Assembly: GCA_038239345.1 (NCBI GenBank)
Contig: JBBSEX010000013.1
Location: 15,103-79,102 of the forward strand
Origin: Bryobacterales bacterium
GTDB taxonomy: Bacteria > Acidobacteriota > Terriglobia > Bryobacterales > Bryobacteraceae
Direction of reading: 5' to 3'
Length of the DNA: 64,000 nucleotides
The notes beneath the pieces were generated by a model. That model worked only from the letters and a program-made list of their open reading frames with translations, did no database searches and was not told where the DNA came from. Numbering within the stretch: the stretch's first letter is position 1; each line of letters begins with the position of its first letter. Shown one piece after another: positions 1-9,044 of the stretch. Both the position numbers and the translations under genes were made by a program.

Positions 1-816
1 GGGTGCGTATACCGCTGTGTCGCTCAGTTGCGAATTGGATATGGCGACTTGGGCATTCGCCCGGTCAATCTCAGCTCGCCGGGTATTAATTTCCTGTTCC
101 TTGCGCTTCAGTTCAAAGCGATTCGCCTGACTCATACGCAACGCCGCCTGGGATCGCGCTAATTGCGCCCGAGCTGAAGCGATCTCCTCCTTACGAGGCC
201 CTTCCAGCACCATCGCCGACTTCTCCTCGGCCTGCTTCAGGAGTGCCCCCGCACTCTGAAAGCGAGCGCGAAATTGATCGTACTGCGATGTCGAGATGTC
301 TTCGTTCTTGTAAAGCGTTTGGGCCCGTTCCCAGTCTCTACTTGCCTGGTCTTGCTGACTGCGCGCATCGGTCACCATCGCTTGGGACTGGGTGATTTCC
401 TGCCGGCGCGAGCCCGCCAAAAGCTCGTCCAGATGGGCCTGTGCCTGCGCGATCTCGGCTTTCCGCAATTCGATATCCGCTTCCAGCGTGGCTCGCTGTA
501 GTTGAACGGATGTATTCATCTGCACCATTTGTGTTTGGGCGGAGTCCGCTCCTGCTTCGTCGCGCTGCTTCTGGCGTTCATTCAAATCGCGATCAAGCCG
601 GGCGATCAACATTCCCTTCTTTACAGTCGCGCCTTCGTCGACAGCTCGTTCCACCAGTTTCCCGGCGATCTTGAATGAGACGTCTACTTGCGTCAACTCA
701 ATGTTGCCCGAAACCTTCAGAACATTTGGATCGTCCGTCCGAAACTTTCCAGCCCACCATAGCCCTGCCGCTGTCAGTGCGATTAAGACGATAACAATCG
801 GGATAATCTTTTTCAT
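1..816 (-). CDS. HlyD-family efflux periplasmic adaptor (membrane fusion protein), partial; C-terminus runs off the window edge
   Basis: The minus-strand frame is open from the ATG at 816-814 through about position 480 in my hand translation (I did not translate 1-480), and it is absent from the ORF track, probably because it has no stop inside the window. My translation is MKKIIPIVIVLIALTAAGLWWAGKFRTDDPNVLKVSGNIELTQVDVSFKIAGKLVERAVDEGATVKKGMLIARLDRDLNERQKQ... This shows an N-terminal membrane anchor, a lipoyl-like hairpin and a long coiled coil. It lies 8 nt downstream of the TolC-like gene. Confidence 0.75.
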   Translation of the reverse strand, partial: MKKIIPIVIVLIALTAAGLWWAGKFRTDDPNVLKVSGNIELTQVDVSFKIAGKLVERAVDEGATVKKGMLIARLDRDLNERQKQRDEAGADSAQTQMVQMNTSVQLQRATLEADIELRKAEIAQAQAHLDELLAGSRRQEITQSQAMVTDARSQQDQASRDWERAQTLYKNEDISTSQYDQFRARFQSAGALLKQAEEKSAMVLEGPRKEEIASARAQLARSQAALRMSQANRFELKRKEQEINTRRAEIDRANAQVAISNSQLSDTAVYAP

Positions 817-824
817 GCAATCTC

Positions 825-2150
825 CTAGTGACCTTCCGTAAGCGCGGTTTGGATGTTGCCCACGGATGTAGCTAAATCGATGCGGCCGAGATTGTAGTTA
901 TAAAGAGCATTGATCTGGTTATCGCGAGCACGGTCCAACCGGGTCTGCGCATCGGTCACTTCTAAACTATTGGCAACCCCCGCCTGATAGCGCCTGCGTG
1001 CCTGCGCCAGTTCGTTTTCGGCCAGTGTTAAGCCTTCGCGAGCCGCCGCGATTTCCGCTTCCGCTGAAACAATGCTGTCCAATGCGAGTCGAACTTCAAG
1101 GTCCACCTGATCGCGCAGATCTCTGCCACGAATCCTGGATTGGCGGTACAGCGAGAGGCTCTCCGCGCGCCTTGCATCCCTGCGGCCGCCATCGAAAATC
1201 GGAAGCCGCAATGAAACGCCAACCGTGTGTGTTGGAATCGAGTTGTCGATCGCCGTCCCGCTCGGTCCATAATCGGCGAAGGCACCCACCGACGGCAGGC
1301 GCTCCCATTTCACCGCGCTGTAATTCAGGCGGGCGTTCTCTTCGCGCTTGTCCTGTGTCTTCAATTCCGGACGGTTGTCGCGCGCAAGATTCAGCGCCTG
1401 CGTCATCTCCAGTTTGTCTACCGGCACATAGGCCAGCTTGTCGGTCAATTGCACTTGTACTTCCAGCCGCACACCCATCGTTTTCAGCAACTGCAGCAGC
1501 GCCCGCCGCCGATCGTTGTCGGCAATAACCTGACGTTGGCGGTCATTCGCTAATTGAGATTGCGCCCGAGTAACTTCAATGCCGGTGCCTGTTCCGGCCT
1601 CCTTCTGCGAACTGGCCAATTTCAAAAGTGCTTCCGACAGCTCAACGTTAGCCTTGGCGGTATCGAGCGCGGCCTCGGCCCGGAGCCCCAACAAATAAGC
1701 GCGGGCGACTTGGTCGGCTACTTGATTTCGCGTGCTCTCGTTATCGAACTTGGCGGCCGATATGCCGGTCTTCGATGCCTGATACCGTCGCACCGCGCTG
1801 AAATCGAAAACGCTCTGCGTCACACTCGCCCGAGTGTCGAAAACGTCGAACGGCCCCACTACGGTCGGCAGCGCAAACGGAAATCCCGCGGCGGTTCCGA
1901 AGTTCAATCCGAACGTAGAAAGATTGGTAGTTTGTTGCTGATATCGAATCGCGCCTTCCAAATCCGGAAGTAGTGCCGCTCGCGACTGTCCAGCTACAGC
2001 CTCGGCTTGCCGAATGGCCTCTTGCGAAAGTTGCGCTCGAGGGCTACCATCCGGCGCCAGGGCGATTTCCACCGCTTGTTTTAAGCTCAGCGCCATGGTC
2101 TCCGCCGCTAACGTGTATGCGGTGAACAAGAGTAATAACGCACTTCGCAT
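825..2150 (-). CDS. TolC-family outer membrane efflux protein
   Basis: The 441-aa product has a signal peptide (MRSALLLLFTAYTLAAE) and two-fold repeated coiled-coil/beta architecture. The C-terminal motif LYNYNLGRIDLA is typical of OEP/TolC. The gene sits between tetR and the hlyD-like gene. Confidence 0.85.
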   Translation of the reverse strand: MRSALLLLFTAYTLAAETMALSLKQAVEIALAPDGSPRAQLSQEAIRQAEAVAGQSRAALLPDLEGAIRYQQQTTNLSTFGLNFGTAAGFPFALPTVVGPFDVFDTRASVTQSVFDFSAVRRYQASKTGISAAKFDNESTRNQVADQVARAYLLGLRAEAALDTAKANVELSEALLKLASSQKEAGTGTGIEVTRAQSQLANDRQRQVIADNDRRRALLQLLKTMGVRLEVQVQLTDKLAYVPVDKLEMTQALNLARDNRPELKTQDKREENARLNYSAVKWERLPSVGAFADYGPSGTAIDNSIPTHTVGVSLRLPIFDGGRRDARRAESLSLYRQSRIRGRDLRDQVDLEVRLALDSIVSAEAEIAAAREGLTLAENELAQARRRYQAGVANSLEVTDAQTRLDRARDNQINALYNYNLGRIDLATSVGNIQTALTEGH

Positions 2151-2154
2151 AGAG

Positions 2155-2793
2155 TCAGGCCGCCTTCTTTCGACTGTTTCCGCTTAGCATGCCGGCTGAG
2201 ACGAACTCCACAATCCGCTGGGTCAGGCGCGGCAAATCGTCCACGCTACACACTCCACCCGTGACCTTAGGGATCACCCGCATCCAGGCGATCGTGTGGG
2301 ACATAGCTCCCGCCATGAACTGGATGCGCCACATCCGATCCTCAATCGAGAGGTCGGGTAGAGTCTCGGCCAAAGCCTGGTTGAATCGCAGCGCGACATG
2401 CATCAAATGGGTGCGAAATAGCCTCTCGATGAAATCGTCGGGGGCGGTGAAGGCTCGGCCCAACAAGCGCTGAAAGCTGGGAGAAGAACTCTCTTCGAGA
2501 ACCGGCCTAACGAACGCCTCGACAATCTTTTCGATGGCGATAGGCTGACCGTTCGCTTCCAACTCAGCCGCGTGCAGCATAGCCAGACGCTTCTCATTCA
2601 CTGGCCCTAACGCCCGTGCCGTGACAGCGTCCGTTAGAGCTTCCTTTGATTGGAAATGGTAATTCACCGACGCCAGATTCACCCCAGCTTCGCGAGTGAT
2701 ATCGCGCAGTGAGGCCTTTTCGAAACCTTCGGTTGCAAATAGTTCTTCGGCGGCATCCAGGATGCGGTTCTTCGTATCCTTGCTTTGAATCAT
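2155..2793 (-). CDS. TetR/AcrR-family transcriptional regulator
   Basis: The 212-aa product has the N-terminal HTH segment RILDAAEELFATEGFEKASLRDITREAGVNLASVNYHFQSKEAL, the canonical TetR_N signature. It is first in the efflux operon. Confidence 0.9.
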   Translation of the reverse strand: MIQSKDTKNRILDAAEELFATEGFEKASLRDITREAGVNLASVNYHFQSKEALTDAVTARALGPVNEKRLAMLHAAELEANGQPIAIEKIVEAFVRPVLEESSSPSFQRLLGRAFTAPDDFIERLFRTHLMHVALRFNQALAETLPDLSIEDRMWRIQFMAGAMSHTIAWMRVIPKVTGGVCSVDDLPRLTQRIVEFVSAGMLSGNSRKKAA

Positions 2794-2818
2794 ACGTATG
2801 TTTCAATTATACGTATGA
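2791..2818. promoter_or_regulatory. Candidate TetR operator: two copies of the palindrome ATACGTAT(G), 17 bp apart
   Basis: I read CATACGTATG (2791-2800, a perfect 10-bp palindrome) and TATACGTATG (2808-2817). They lie in the 33-bp divergent gap between the tetR start (2793) and the pta-like ORF (2827). Confidence 0.4.
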
Positions 2819-2826
2819 TTTAATTC

Positions 2827-3813
2827 TTGGCAAGAACTTTCCGAAGTAAGATGGGAACGCCAATGGCAATGCCTGACTCCGCTGCGGAATTTCTAGAACG
2901 GCAGACTATGCGCCTGCGTTCCCAAAAGCGTCGCCCGAAGATAGTTTTCCCCGAAGGAGCCGACCCGCGCGTTCAAGCCGCCGCCACCCGTCTGGAAGCG
3001 GAAGGGCTGCTTGAGCCCATTTTGCTTGAGACTTTGACTACCGACGATCGGCTGGCGGCGCTGTACTTCGAACGCCGCCAGCACAAAGGGCTGGCCGAAT
3101 CGGAGGCTCGCTATATATCTGACCGTCCACTTTTCCGCGCCGCACTTATGGTTTCAGCGGGAGACGCCGATGGCTTCGTTGGTGGCGCGGCAAATACAAC
3201 AGCCGAGACCGTTCGCGCCGCGCTGCAATGCATCGGACCGGCACCCGCTGTCAACACCGTATCCAGCGCTTTTATTATGTGCGTGCACGATCGATCGTTC
3301 GGGTACGATGGAATTCTCGCCTTCGCCGACTGTGGAATCGTGGTCGATCCCACCGTTGAGGAGCTTGTGGAAATCGCCGTTGCTACCGCTAGCACTACCG
3401 CGCGCATCATCGGGGCCACGCCGCGCATCGCGATGCTCTCGTTCTCGACGAAGGGCAGCGCCGTGCATCCGCACGCGCAAAAGATGATAGACGCCACGCG
3501 CCTGGTGCGCGAGCGATTCCCCAGCCTCACGATCGATGGCGAACTGCAGGCGGACGCAGCTTTGGTGTCCCACATCGCGTATGCGAAAGCGCCGGAATCG
3601 TCGCTGGCGGGTAATGCAAATACGCTGATCTTTCCCAACCTATCGGCAGGGAACGTCGCTTACAAGTTAGTAGAGCGCTTGGGCGGCGCCGTTGCTTTGG
3701 GACCTTTGTTGCAAGGCCTCGCCAAGCCGGCCAACGATCTTTCGCGCGGCTGTTCAGCCGACGATATTTATTGCGTCAGCATTCTTACGGCTCTGCAGGC
3801 CATGGACAACTAA
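2827..3813 (+). CDS. pta: Phosphate acetyl/butyryl-transferase (PTA_PTB domain only)
   Basis: The 328-aa product contains [30 protein letters not shown], ...[15 protein letters not shown]... and ...[13 protein letters not shown], typical of short Pta/Ptb enzymes. The true start may be an internal Met a few codons downstream. Confidence 0.8.
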   Translation: MARTFRSKMGTPMAMPDSAAEFLERQTMRLRSQKRRPKIVFPEGADPRVQAAATRLEAEGLLEPILLETLTTDDRLAALYFERRQHKGLAESEARYISDRPLFRAALMVSAGDADGFVGGAANTTAETVRAALQCIGPAPAVNTVSSAFIMCVHDRSFGYDGILAFADCGIVVDPTVEELVEIAVATASTTARIIGATPRIAMLSFSTKGSAVHPHAQKMIDATRLVRERFPSLTIDGELQADAALVSHIAYAKAPESSLAGNANTLIFPNLSAGNVAYKLVERLGGAVALGPLLQGLAKPANDLSRGCSADDIYCVSILTALQAMDN

Positions 3814-3814
3814 T

Positions 3815-4696
3815 TTGCCGGCGCTCCGCCTTATCTACCATCCCGGCTACGATTTAAGTCTCGGCGATCACGTTTTTCCATCTCACAAATATCGTCTGAT
3901 TCATGCCCGTCTTTTGGCTGAAGGATTTGGGTTTGTAGAACCCGCGCCCGCCACAGACGCCGACATGTTGCTGGTGCATGACGCGGAGTGGATCGATAAG
4001 CTGCGCGAGGGAACACTTACCCAACGCGACATATTGCGACTGGAAATCCCCTATTCTTACGCTATGGTGGATGCGTTTTGGCTTGCCACTGGCGGCACGA
4101 TCCTGGCCGCTCGCAATGCCCTGCAGGAAGGGATCGGGTTCAATATCGGCGGTGGTTTCCATCACGCCTTCGCGAATTATGGAGAGGGTTTTTGCGCGAT
4201 AAACGATGTCGCGGTGGCGATTCGCCGTTTGCAAAAAGATGGACTGGTCAGAAGCGCTTTGGTAGTGGATTGCGATGTTCATCACGGCAACGGAACTGCC
4301 GCGATCTTTGCCCGGGATCCGGACGTTGCGACGCTGTCGATCCATCAGTTGAATAATTATCCCTTCGAAAAACCGTCGTCGACCATCGACATCGATCTAC
4401 CCGATGGTACCGGCGATGAAGAATATTTGCGCCGCTTGCACGATGCCTGCGACATGGCCGCGGGCTATGCACCGGACATTATTTTCTATGTTGCCGGAGC
4501 GGATCCGTTTCACGGCGATCAACTAGGTGGCTTGCGATTAACCATCGAGGGTCTTCGCCGCCGTGACAAGCTGGTAGTTGACTTCGCCCGCACCCGAAGT
4601 ATTCCTCTGGCTATTGTGCTCGCCGGAGGCTATGCCGCCAACGTCGAAGACACCGTGACGATTCACTGCAATACCGCGAAGGCCGCCGCGCTATAG
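3815..4696 (+). CDS. Zn-dependent histone-deacetylase-family amidohydrolase (AcuC/acetylpolyamine-deacetylase-like)
   Basis: Motifs GGGFHHAFANYGEGFC, DCDVHHGNGT and AGADPFHGDQLGGLRLT match the HDAC catalytic His pair and Zn ligands. The track ORF starts at 3692, which overlaps pta by 122 nt. I prefer the in-frame TTG at 3815, 1 nt after the pta stop. The start is uncertain. Confidence 0.8.
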   Translation: MPALRLIYHPGYDLSLGDHVFPSHKYRLIHARLLAEGFGFVEPAPATDADMLLVHDAEWIDKLREGTLTQRDILRLEIPYSYAMVDAFWLATGGTILAARNALQEGIGFNIGGGFHHAFANYGEGFCAINDVAVAIRRLQKDGLVRSALVVDCDVHHGNGTAAIFARDPDVATLSIHQLNNYPFEKPSSTIDIDLPDGTGDEEYLRRLHDACDMAAGYAPDIIFYVAGADPFHGDQLGGLRLTIEGLRRRDKLVVDFARTRSIPLAIVLAGGYAANVEDTVTIHCNTAKAAAL

Positions 4697-5797
4697 GTTC
4701 CGCTTTAGAAAAGAACAAATGTGATACCCGTCCATGAATTTAAACGGGCTCTCACCCAGCGTGTAATGCCCGCACGGCAATACGACGCTCTTGTGATCCA
4801 GATTCAATTCGCGCGCGGCAACCACAACCTGCTCCGATAAGTGCGTAGGAAACGTTGTGTCGTAGGCGGCATAAATGAATAACGATTTCTTTTTCTTGGG
4901 AGCGAATTTCGCCATGAAGTTCGGTGGGCTGATACCGCTCCAAACTTCACGCAGCCGGTCGAGATCGATGTTGCCTTCCAACCCCTGGCGGATATGCTGC
5001 GTGGATAACCCCGTCCAGACCACGTCGGCGACATACGTCGAGCAATGATTGAACGCGTTCACCGCCAACCGGTCGTCGTGCGCGCTGGCAAGAAACGCAT
5101 AGCAGGATCCAAGGCTTGTTCCGACAATTCCCAGCCGCTCAAACCCCTGCGATTCCATCCAGTCCAGACAGCTTCGAATGTCGATCACCGCTTGTCTGGT
5201 TGCGTCCATAGTGCGGGCGATGTTCGATGATACAGCGTAATCAGCCCGCTCCAGTTCCGCCGGCATCCGGTAATCGTGATAGGGAAGACTCAATCGCATG
5301 CAGGAAATTCCCAGAGCCGCGATGCCCTTGCACAATCCAGCATGCTGATCGGCCGATGCATTCCAATGCGGCAACACCAGCACCGCTTTACGTGGGGACT
5401 TAACCGGTTTCTTCGGATCCGTTCGCGCCGGGAACCACTTCCCGTGCACGATGTTGTTTTCGGGGTAAGCCGTTTTCACGGCCGACGTGAATCGCAAAAC
5501 ACCTTCATGGAGACGGAAATCGGTCGGTACTTCGTAGCCGAAAAACGTATCACTATCGTCGATAATGGCCTGATTCAGGGCCTTCAAATAAGCTTCAGGA
5601 TCGTCTTCGGAAACATCCGGTTTCTTAATCGGCCAATCGCGGGTCCACTCCAGGCCCCAGTCGAAAGGACGTACCACGCGATTCGTAGAACGAAACGCGA
5701 GACGGTTTTCCCAATTGCTCATCCATCTGCCGTAGGCCTTTTTCATTGAGTCCAGTGCTGACTTAAATGTAGCAGAGGGGATGCCATCCACTGGCAA
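4691..5797 (-). CDS. Alpha/beta-hydrolase-fold protein of unknown substrate
   Basis: The 368-aa product has the nucleophile elbow GTSLGS and a C-terminal LPCGHY (candidate His of the triad). It lies 9 nt downstream of lpxI on the same strand. Confidence 0.7.
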   Translation of the reverse strand: MPVDGIPSATFKSALDSMKKAYGRWMSNWENRLAFRSTNRVVRPFDWGLEWTRDWPIKKPDVSEDDPEAYLKALNQAIIDDSDTFFGYEVPTDFRLHEGVLRFTSAVKTAYPENNIVHGKWFPARTDPKKPVKSPRKAVLVLPHWNASADQHAGLCKGIAALGISCMRLSLPYHDYRMPAELERADYAVSSNIARTMDATRQAVIDIRSCLDWMESQGFERLGIVGTSLGSCYAFLASAHDDRLAVNAFNHCSTYVADVVWTGLSTQHIRQGLEGNIDLDRLREVWSGISPPNFMAKFAPKKKKSLFIYAAYDTTFPTHLSEQVVVAARELNLDHKSVVLPCGHYTLGESPFKFMDGYHICSFLKRNL

Positions 5798-5806
5798 TTG
5801 TCGACG

Positions 5807-6634
5807 TCAGCCTTCAATGGGGTCTTCGTCCACACGATAACCGACGATCGTGATTCCGGCGTTGTTCGCGGCAATCATCATTTCCTCTCGATCCAGAAAC
5901 AATGTGCGTCCCGCATCCACAGCCAACGCCGTCGTATTCGTTTCCTGCATCACGGCAATCGTCGCCGGACCCGCTACGGGCACGTCAAACAGCATATGCC
6001 GGCGCCGCCCTGAACCCTTCACCAGCCGCAGCGGTTTTCCGTTTACCAGCTTCGAAGCCCGGCGCAGCATCGCATCCGTGCCTTCCATTGCTTCCAGCGC
6101 GACACAAGCTCGATCGGCAATCGCCACACTTTGCCCGATATCAAATCCGGAAAGCGCCTGAGCGATTCTCCTGCCATAGGCCAATTCCTTGTTCTCATCG
6201 GCTGTCGGCCTGCGCTTTGAAAGTACACCTTCGTCCGCCAGTAACGATTTCAACAGCAGCGTGGAATCCACCAATCGAATGCCTTCGCCGGCCAGCACCT
6301 GCACTACGCCGCCGATCAATGCATCGGTATTCTTCTGCCGCAACGACGTTAGTAGCTTCAGCAAACGCCAGTCTGGACTTAGCGATGAAAAGATGTTGAC
6401 GTGCTTTACCTGTCCGCACATCATGATCTCGGTGATCTTCTCTTCTTTCAAGATCTCAATCAGCCGGCTCAGCTGCCCGATGGAGATCCAATAACAACGC
6501 GCTGCCAGTGCCTCAATATCAGGCGAGGCTTCTTCCTCAATGCCGATAACAACTACGTCCACGCCGAGTTTGCGAGCCGACTCCAGTGCCAGTATCGGAA
6601 ACCGTCCGTTCCCCGCCAGCAAACCGTATCGCAT
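5807..6634 (-). CDS. lpxI: UDP-2,3-diacylglucosamine pyrophosphatase LpxI (DUF1009)
   Basis: The 275-aa product contains LLAGNGRFPILALESARKLG and GQSVAIADRACVALEAMEGTDAMLRRA, characteristic of LpxI. It is immediately downstream of lpxA. Confidence 0.85.
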   Translation of the reverse strand: MRYGLLAGNGRFPILALESARKLGVDVVVIGIEEEASPDIEALAARCYWISIGQLSRLIEILKEEKITEIMMCGQVKHVNIFSSLSPDWRLLKLLTSLRQKNTDALIGGVVQVLAGEGIRLVDSTLLLKSLLADEGVLSKRRPTADENKELAYGRRIAQALSGFDIGQSVAIADRACVALEAMEGTDAMLRRASKLVNGKPLRLVKGSGRRRHMLFDVPVAGPATIAVMQETNTTALAVDAGRTLFLDREEMMIAANNAGITIVGYRVDEDPIEG

Positions 6635-6636
6635 CG

Positions 6637-7413
6637 CTATTTGACGAACCCACGCTCGCCGGATTGCAGGAATTCAATCAATTCGTCAACCTCCGCGATC
6701 GGCGGAACTTCCTCGCGAATTCGCTCCAGCGCCTGCGAAGTATTAAGGCCCGATCGCGTCAATAAACGAAATGCTTTGTGCAACGCGTCAATCGTCTCCG
6801 CAGAGAATCCCCGCCGCTCCAAACCAGTCGCATTCGCGCCAAAAACTTTGATCTCCCGCGGACTCACCGTCGTCGAAAACGGCAAAACGTCCTGTGTCAC
6901 CACGCTATATCCGCCGATCATGGAATGGCGTCCTACCCGGCAAAATTGATGCACGCCCGTGAAGGCCCCAATCACCGCCCAATCGCCCACCAACACATGT
7001 CCCGCGAAGGTCACTCCATTCGCCAGCACCGCGTTGCTGCCCAATTGCACGTCATGCGCGATGTGCACATAGGCCATCAGTAAATTATCGTCGCCGATGC
7101 GCGTCGTCAAGCCGCCGCCTTCAGTTCCGCGATGTATGGTGACGAATTCGCGAATATTGTTGCGCTGGCCGATGTGGGTTTCCGCGCGCTCGCCTTTATA
7201 CTTTTTGTCCTGCGACGCGACGCCGATGCTGCAGTACGGATAGAATACGTTGTCTTCGCCGATGAATGTAACGCCCTCGACATAGACATGGGCCTTCAGG
7301 TGAGTTCGCGACCCGATTTTCACGTCCGCGCCGATGATGCAATACGGACCGATCTCCGCTGTCTCAGCGATGTGCGCGCTGGGATCGATCAGAGCGGTCT
7401 GATGAATGGACAT
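6637..7413 (-). CDS. lpxA: Acyl-ACP--UDP-N-acetylglucosamine O-acyltransferase
   Basis: The 258-aa product has left-handed beta-helix hexapeptide repeats (IHQTALIDPSAHIAETAEIGPYCIIGADVKIG...) and the LpxA C-terminal helical domain (GLERRGFSAETIDALHKAFRLL). Confidence 0.93.
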   Translation of the reverse strand: MSIHQTALIDPSAHIAETAEIGPYCIIGADVKIGSRTHLKAHVYVEGVTFIGEDNVFYPYCSIGVASQDKKYKGERAETHIGQRNNIREFVTIHRGTEGGGLTTRIGDDNLLMAYVHIAHDVQLGSNAVLANGVTFAGHVLVGDWAVIGAFTGVHQFCRVGRHSMIGGYSVVTQDVLPFSTTVSPREIKVFGANATGLERRGFSAETIDALHKAFRLLTRSGLNTSQALERIREEVPPIAEVDELIEFLQSGERGFVK

Positions 7414-7421
7414 GCGGCCGA

Positions 7422-7880
7422 CTACAGGTTTCCAGCTACCGGCGTCCGCTTATCTTGCAACGCACAGAGCACTCGCGCTTCGGCAACCACCTGGCCATCC
7501 ACCAGCGCCCGACCGGAAATCTTCGCCACGCTTGCCTTGCGCTTCTCGATTTGAACTTCCATGCGGAGTTGATCGCCCGGTCGTACCGGCCTCCGGAACT
7601 TGGCCTCTTCCACCGACGCCAGCAGCACCAATTTATTCTTTCGATCCGGCAGGAACTTCAACACCAACACGCCAGCCACCTGCGCCATAGCTTCAATAAT
7701 CATCACGCCCGGCATCACCGGGAACCCTGGAAAATGTCCAATGAAGAAGGGTTCGTTGATAGTGACGTTCTTGATGCCGACAATTTTCGTCTCGTCGATT
7801 TCCAGAATACGATCGACCAGAAGCATCGGATAGCGATGCGGCAGAATCTCTAGAATCTCATCGATATCCAAGGTGGGCAT
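7422..7880 (-). CDS. fabZ: 3-hydroxyacyl-ACP dehydratase
   Basis: The 152-aa product carries the FabZ hot-dog signatures LPHRYPMLLVDRILE and FFIGHFPGFPVMPGVMIIEAMAQ. Confidence 0.95.
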   Translation of the reverse strand: MPTLDIDEILEILPHRYPMLLVDRILEIDETKIVGIKNVTINEPFFIGHFPGFPVMPGVMIIEAMAQVAGVLVLKFLPDRKNKLVLLASVEEAKFRRPVRPGDQLRMEVQIEKRKASVAKISGRALVDGQVVAEARVLCALQDKRTPVAGNL

Positions 7881-7904
7881 GCAATGCCGCTATTATAACA
7901 AGCG

Positions 7905-9044
7905 ATGGATGCATTTCTTTCGCAGTGCCGCAAAAAACAAAAAGACATCATCGCGTTGATTCGCGAGTTCGTCGAGTGCGAATCACCCAGTGATCACGCC
8001 CCCTCCGTGGACCGTTTCGTCGATCTGGTTGCCGCCAAGGTCGCTGGAATCGCCAAGGTGAAAGTTATTCCGGGAAAGCCGTTTGGCCGGCATCTGCGCT
8101 GCGAGTTTGACCTTCCCGGAACGAAGAAGTCCGGCCAGATCCTGGCTCTCGGCCACTCCGATACCGTTTGGCCGCTGGGTACGTTAGCCACAATGCCGTT
8201 CCGCGAAAACAAAGGCCGCCTCTGGGGGCCTGGCGTGCTCGACATGAAAGGCGGCATCGCATTCTTCCTCTTTGCCGTCCGGATTCTTCGCGAGTTAGAT
8301 CAGCCGGTATCGCGCAAAATCGTTCTGCAGTTGAACTCCGATGAAGAAGTAGGCAGCGTTAGTTCCCGGCCGCTGACAGATGAGATCGCGCGCAAGAGCG
8401 CCGCAGTATTGGTGCTGGAACCTGGAACGGGGCTTGCAGGAAAGCTGAAGACTGCCCGAAAGGGAGTGGGAAATTACACGGTGACGGTTCACGGCAAAGC
8501 TTCGCACGCCGGAGTCGACTTCACTAATGGCGCAAGCGCAATCGTCGAATTGGCGCGGCAGATTGACGTCATTGCCGGGTTTACGCAACTTGATCGCGGG
8601 ATCACGGTAAACCCTGGCGTGATTAGCGGTGGGACGCGAACCAACGTGATCGCGGCCGAAGCTCATGCTGAAATCGATATCCGCATCGCGCGATTAAAAG
8701 ATGCCACCATACTTGATCGCCAGTTTAAGAAACTGCGGGCGATCGACACTCGCTGCACGCTGGAAATAGACGGCGGCTTAAATCGACCGCCAATGGAACG
8801 CACCGCTGAGATTGGAAAGTTGTTTCAGAGGGCGAAGGACCTGGCGCTGGAGCTAGGCGTCGATCTGGAAGAATCGTCTACCGGCGGCGGATCGGACGGC
8901 AATTTCACGGCGGCGTTCGGTATCCCTACTTTGGATGGGTTAGGCGCCGTGGGTGAAGGTGCCCATGCGGCTAATGAAAGCATCCTCATTAACCGCATAG
9001 CGGACCGCACGGCTTTGATCGCCAAGCTACTACAAGTAATTTAG
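7905..9044 (+). CDS. M20-family metallopeptidase (carboxypeptidase G2-like)
   Basis: The 379-aa product contains LGHSDTVWP, DMKGG, LNSDEEVGS and HGKASHAG, the M20 metal-binding and catalytic motifs. Confidence 0.85.
   Translation: MDAFLSQCRKKQKDIIALIREFVECESPSDHAPSVDRFVDLVAAKVAGIAKVKVIPGKPFGRHLRCEFDLPGTKKSGQILALGHSDTVWPLGTLATMPFRENKGRLWGPGVLDMKGGIAFFLFAVRILRELDQPVSRKIVLQLNSDEEVGSVSSRPLTDEIARKSAAVLVLEPGTGLAGKLKTARKGVGNYTVTVHGKASHAGVDFTNGASAIVELARQIDVIAGFTQLDRGITVNPGVISGGTRTNVIAAEAHAEIDIRIARLKDATILDRQFKKLRAIDTRCTLEIDGGLNRPPMERTAEIGKLFQRAKDLALELGVDLEESSTGGGSDGNFTAAFGIPTLDGLGAVGEGAHAANESILINRIADRTALIAKLLQVI

Noticed and set aside
3692-3814. An upstream extension of the deacetylase ORF overlaps pta by 122 nt.
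   Set aside because: The extension ([22 protein letters not shown]...) has no HDAC homology and would require a long same-strand overlap. An in-frame TTG right after the pta stop fits better.
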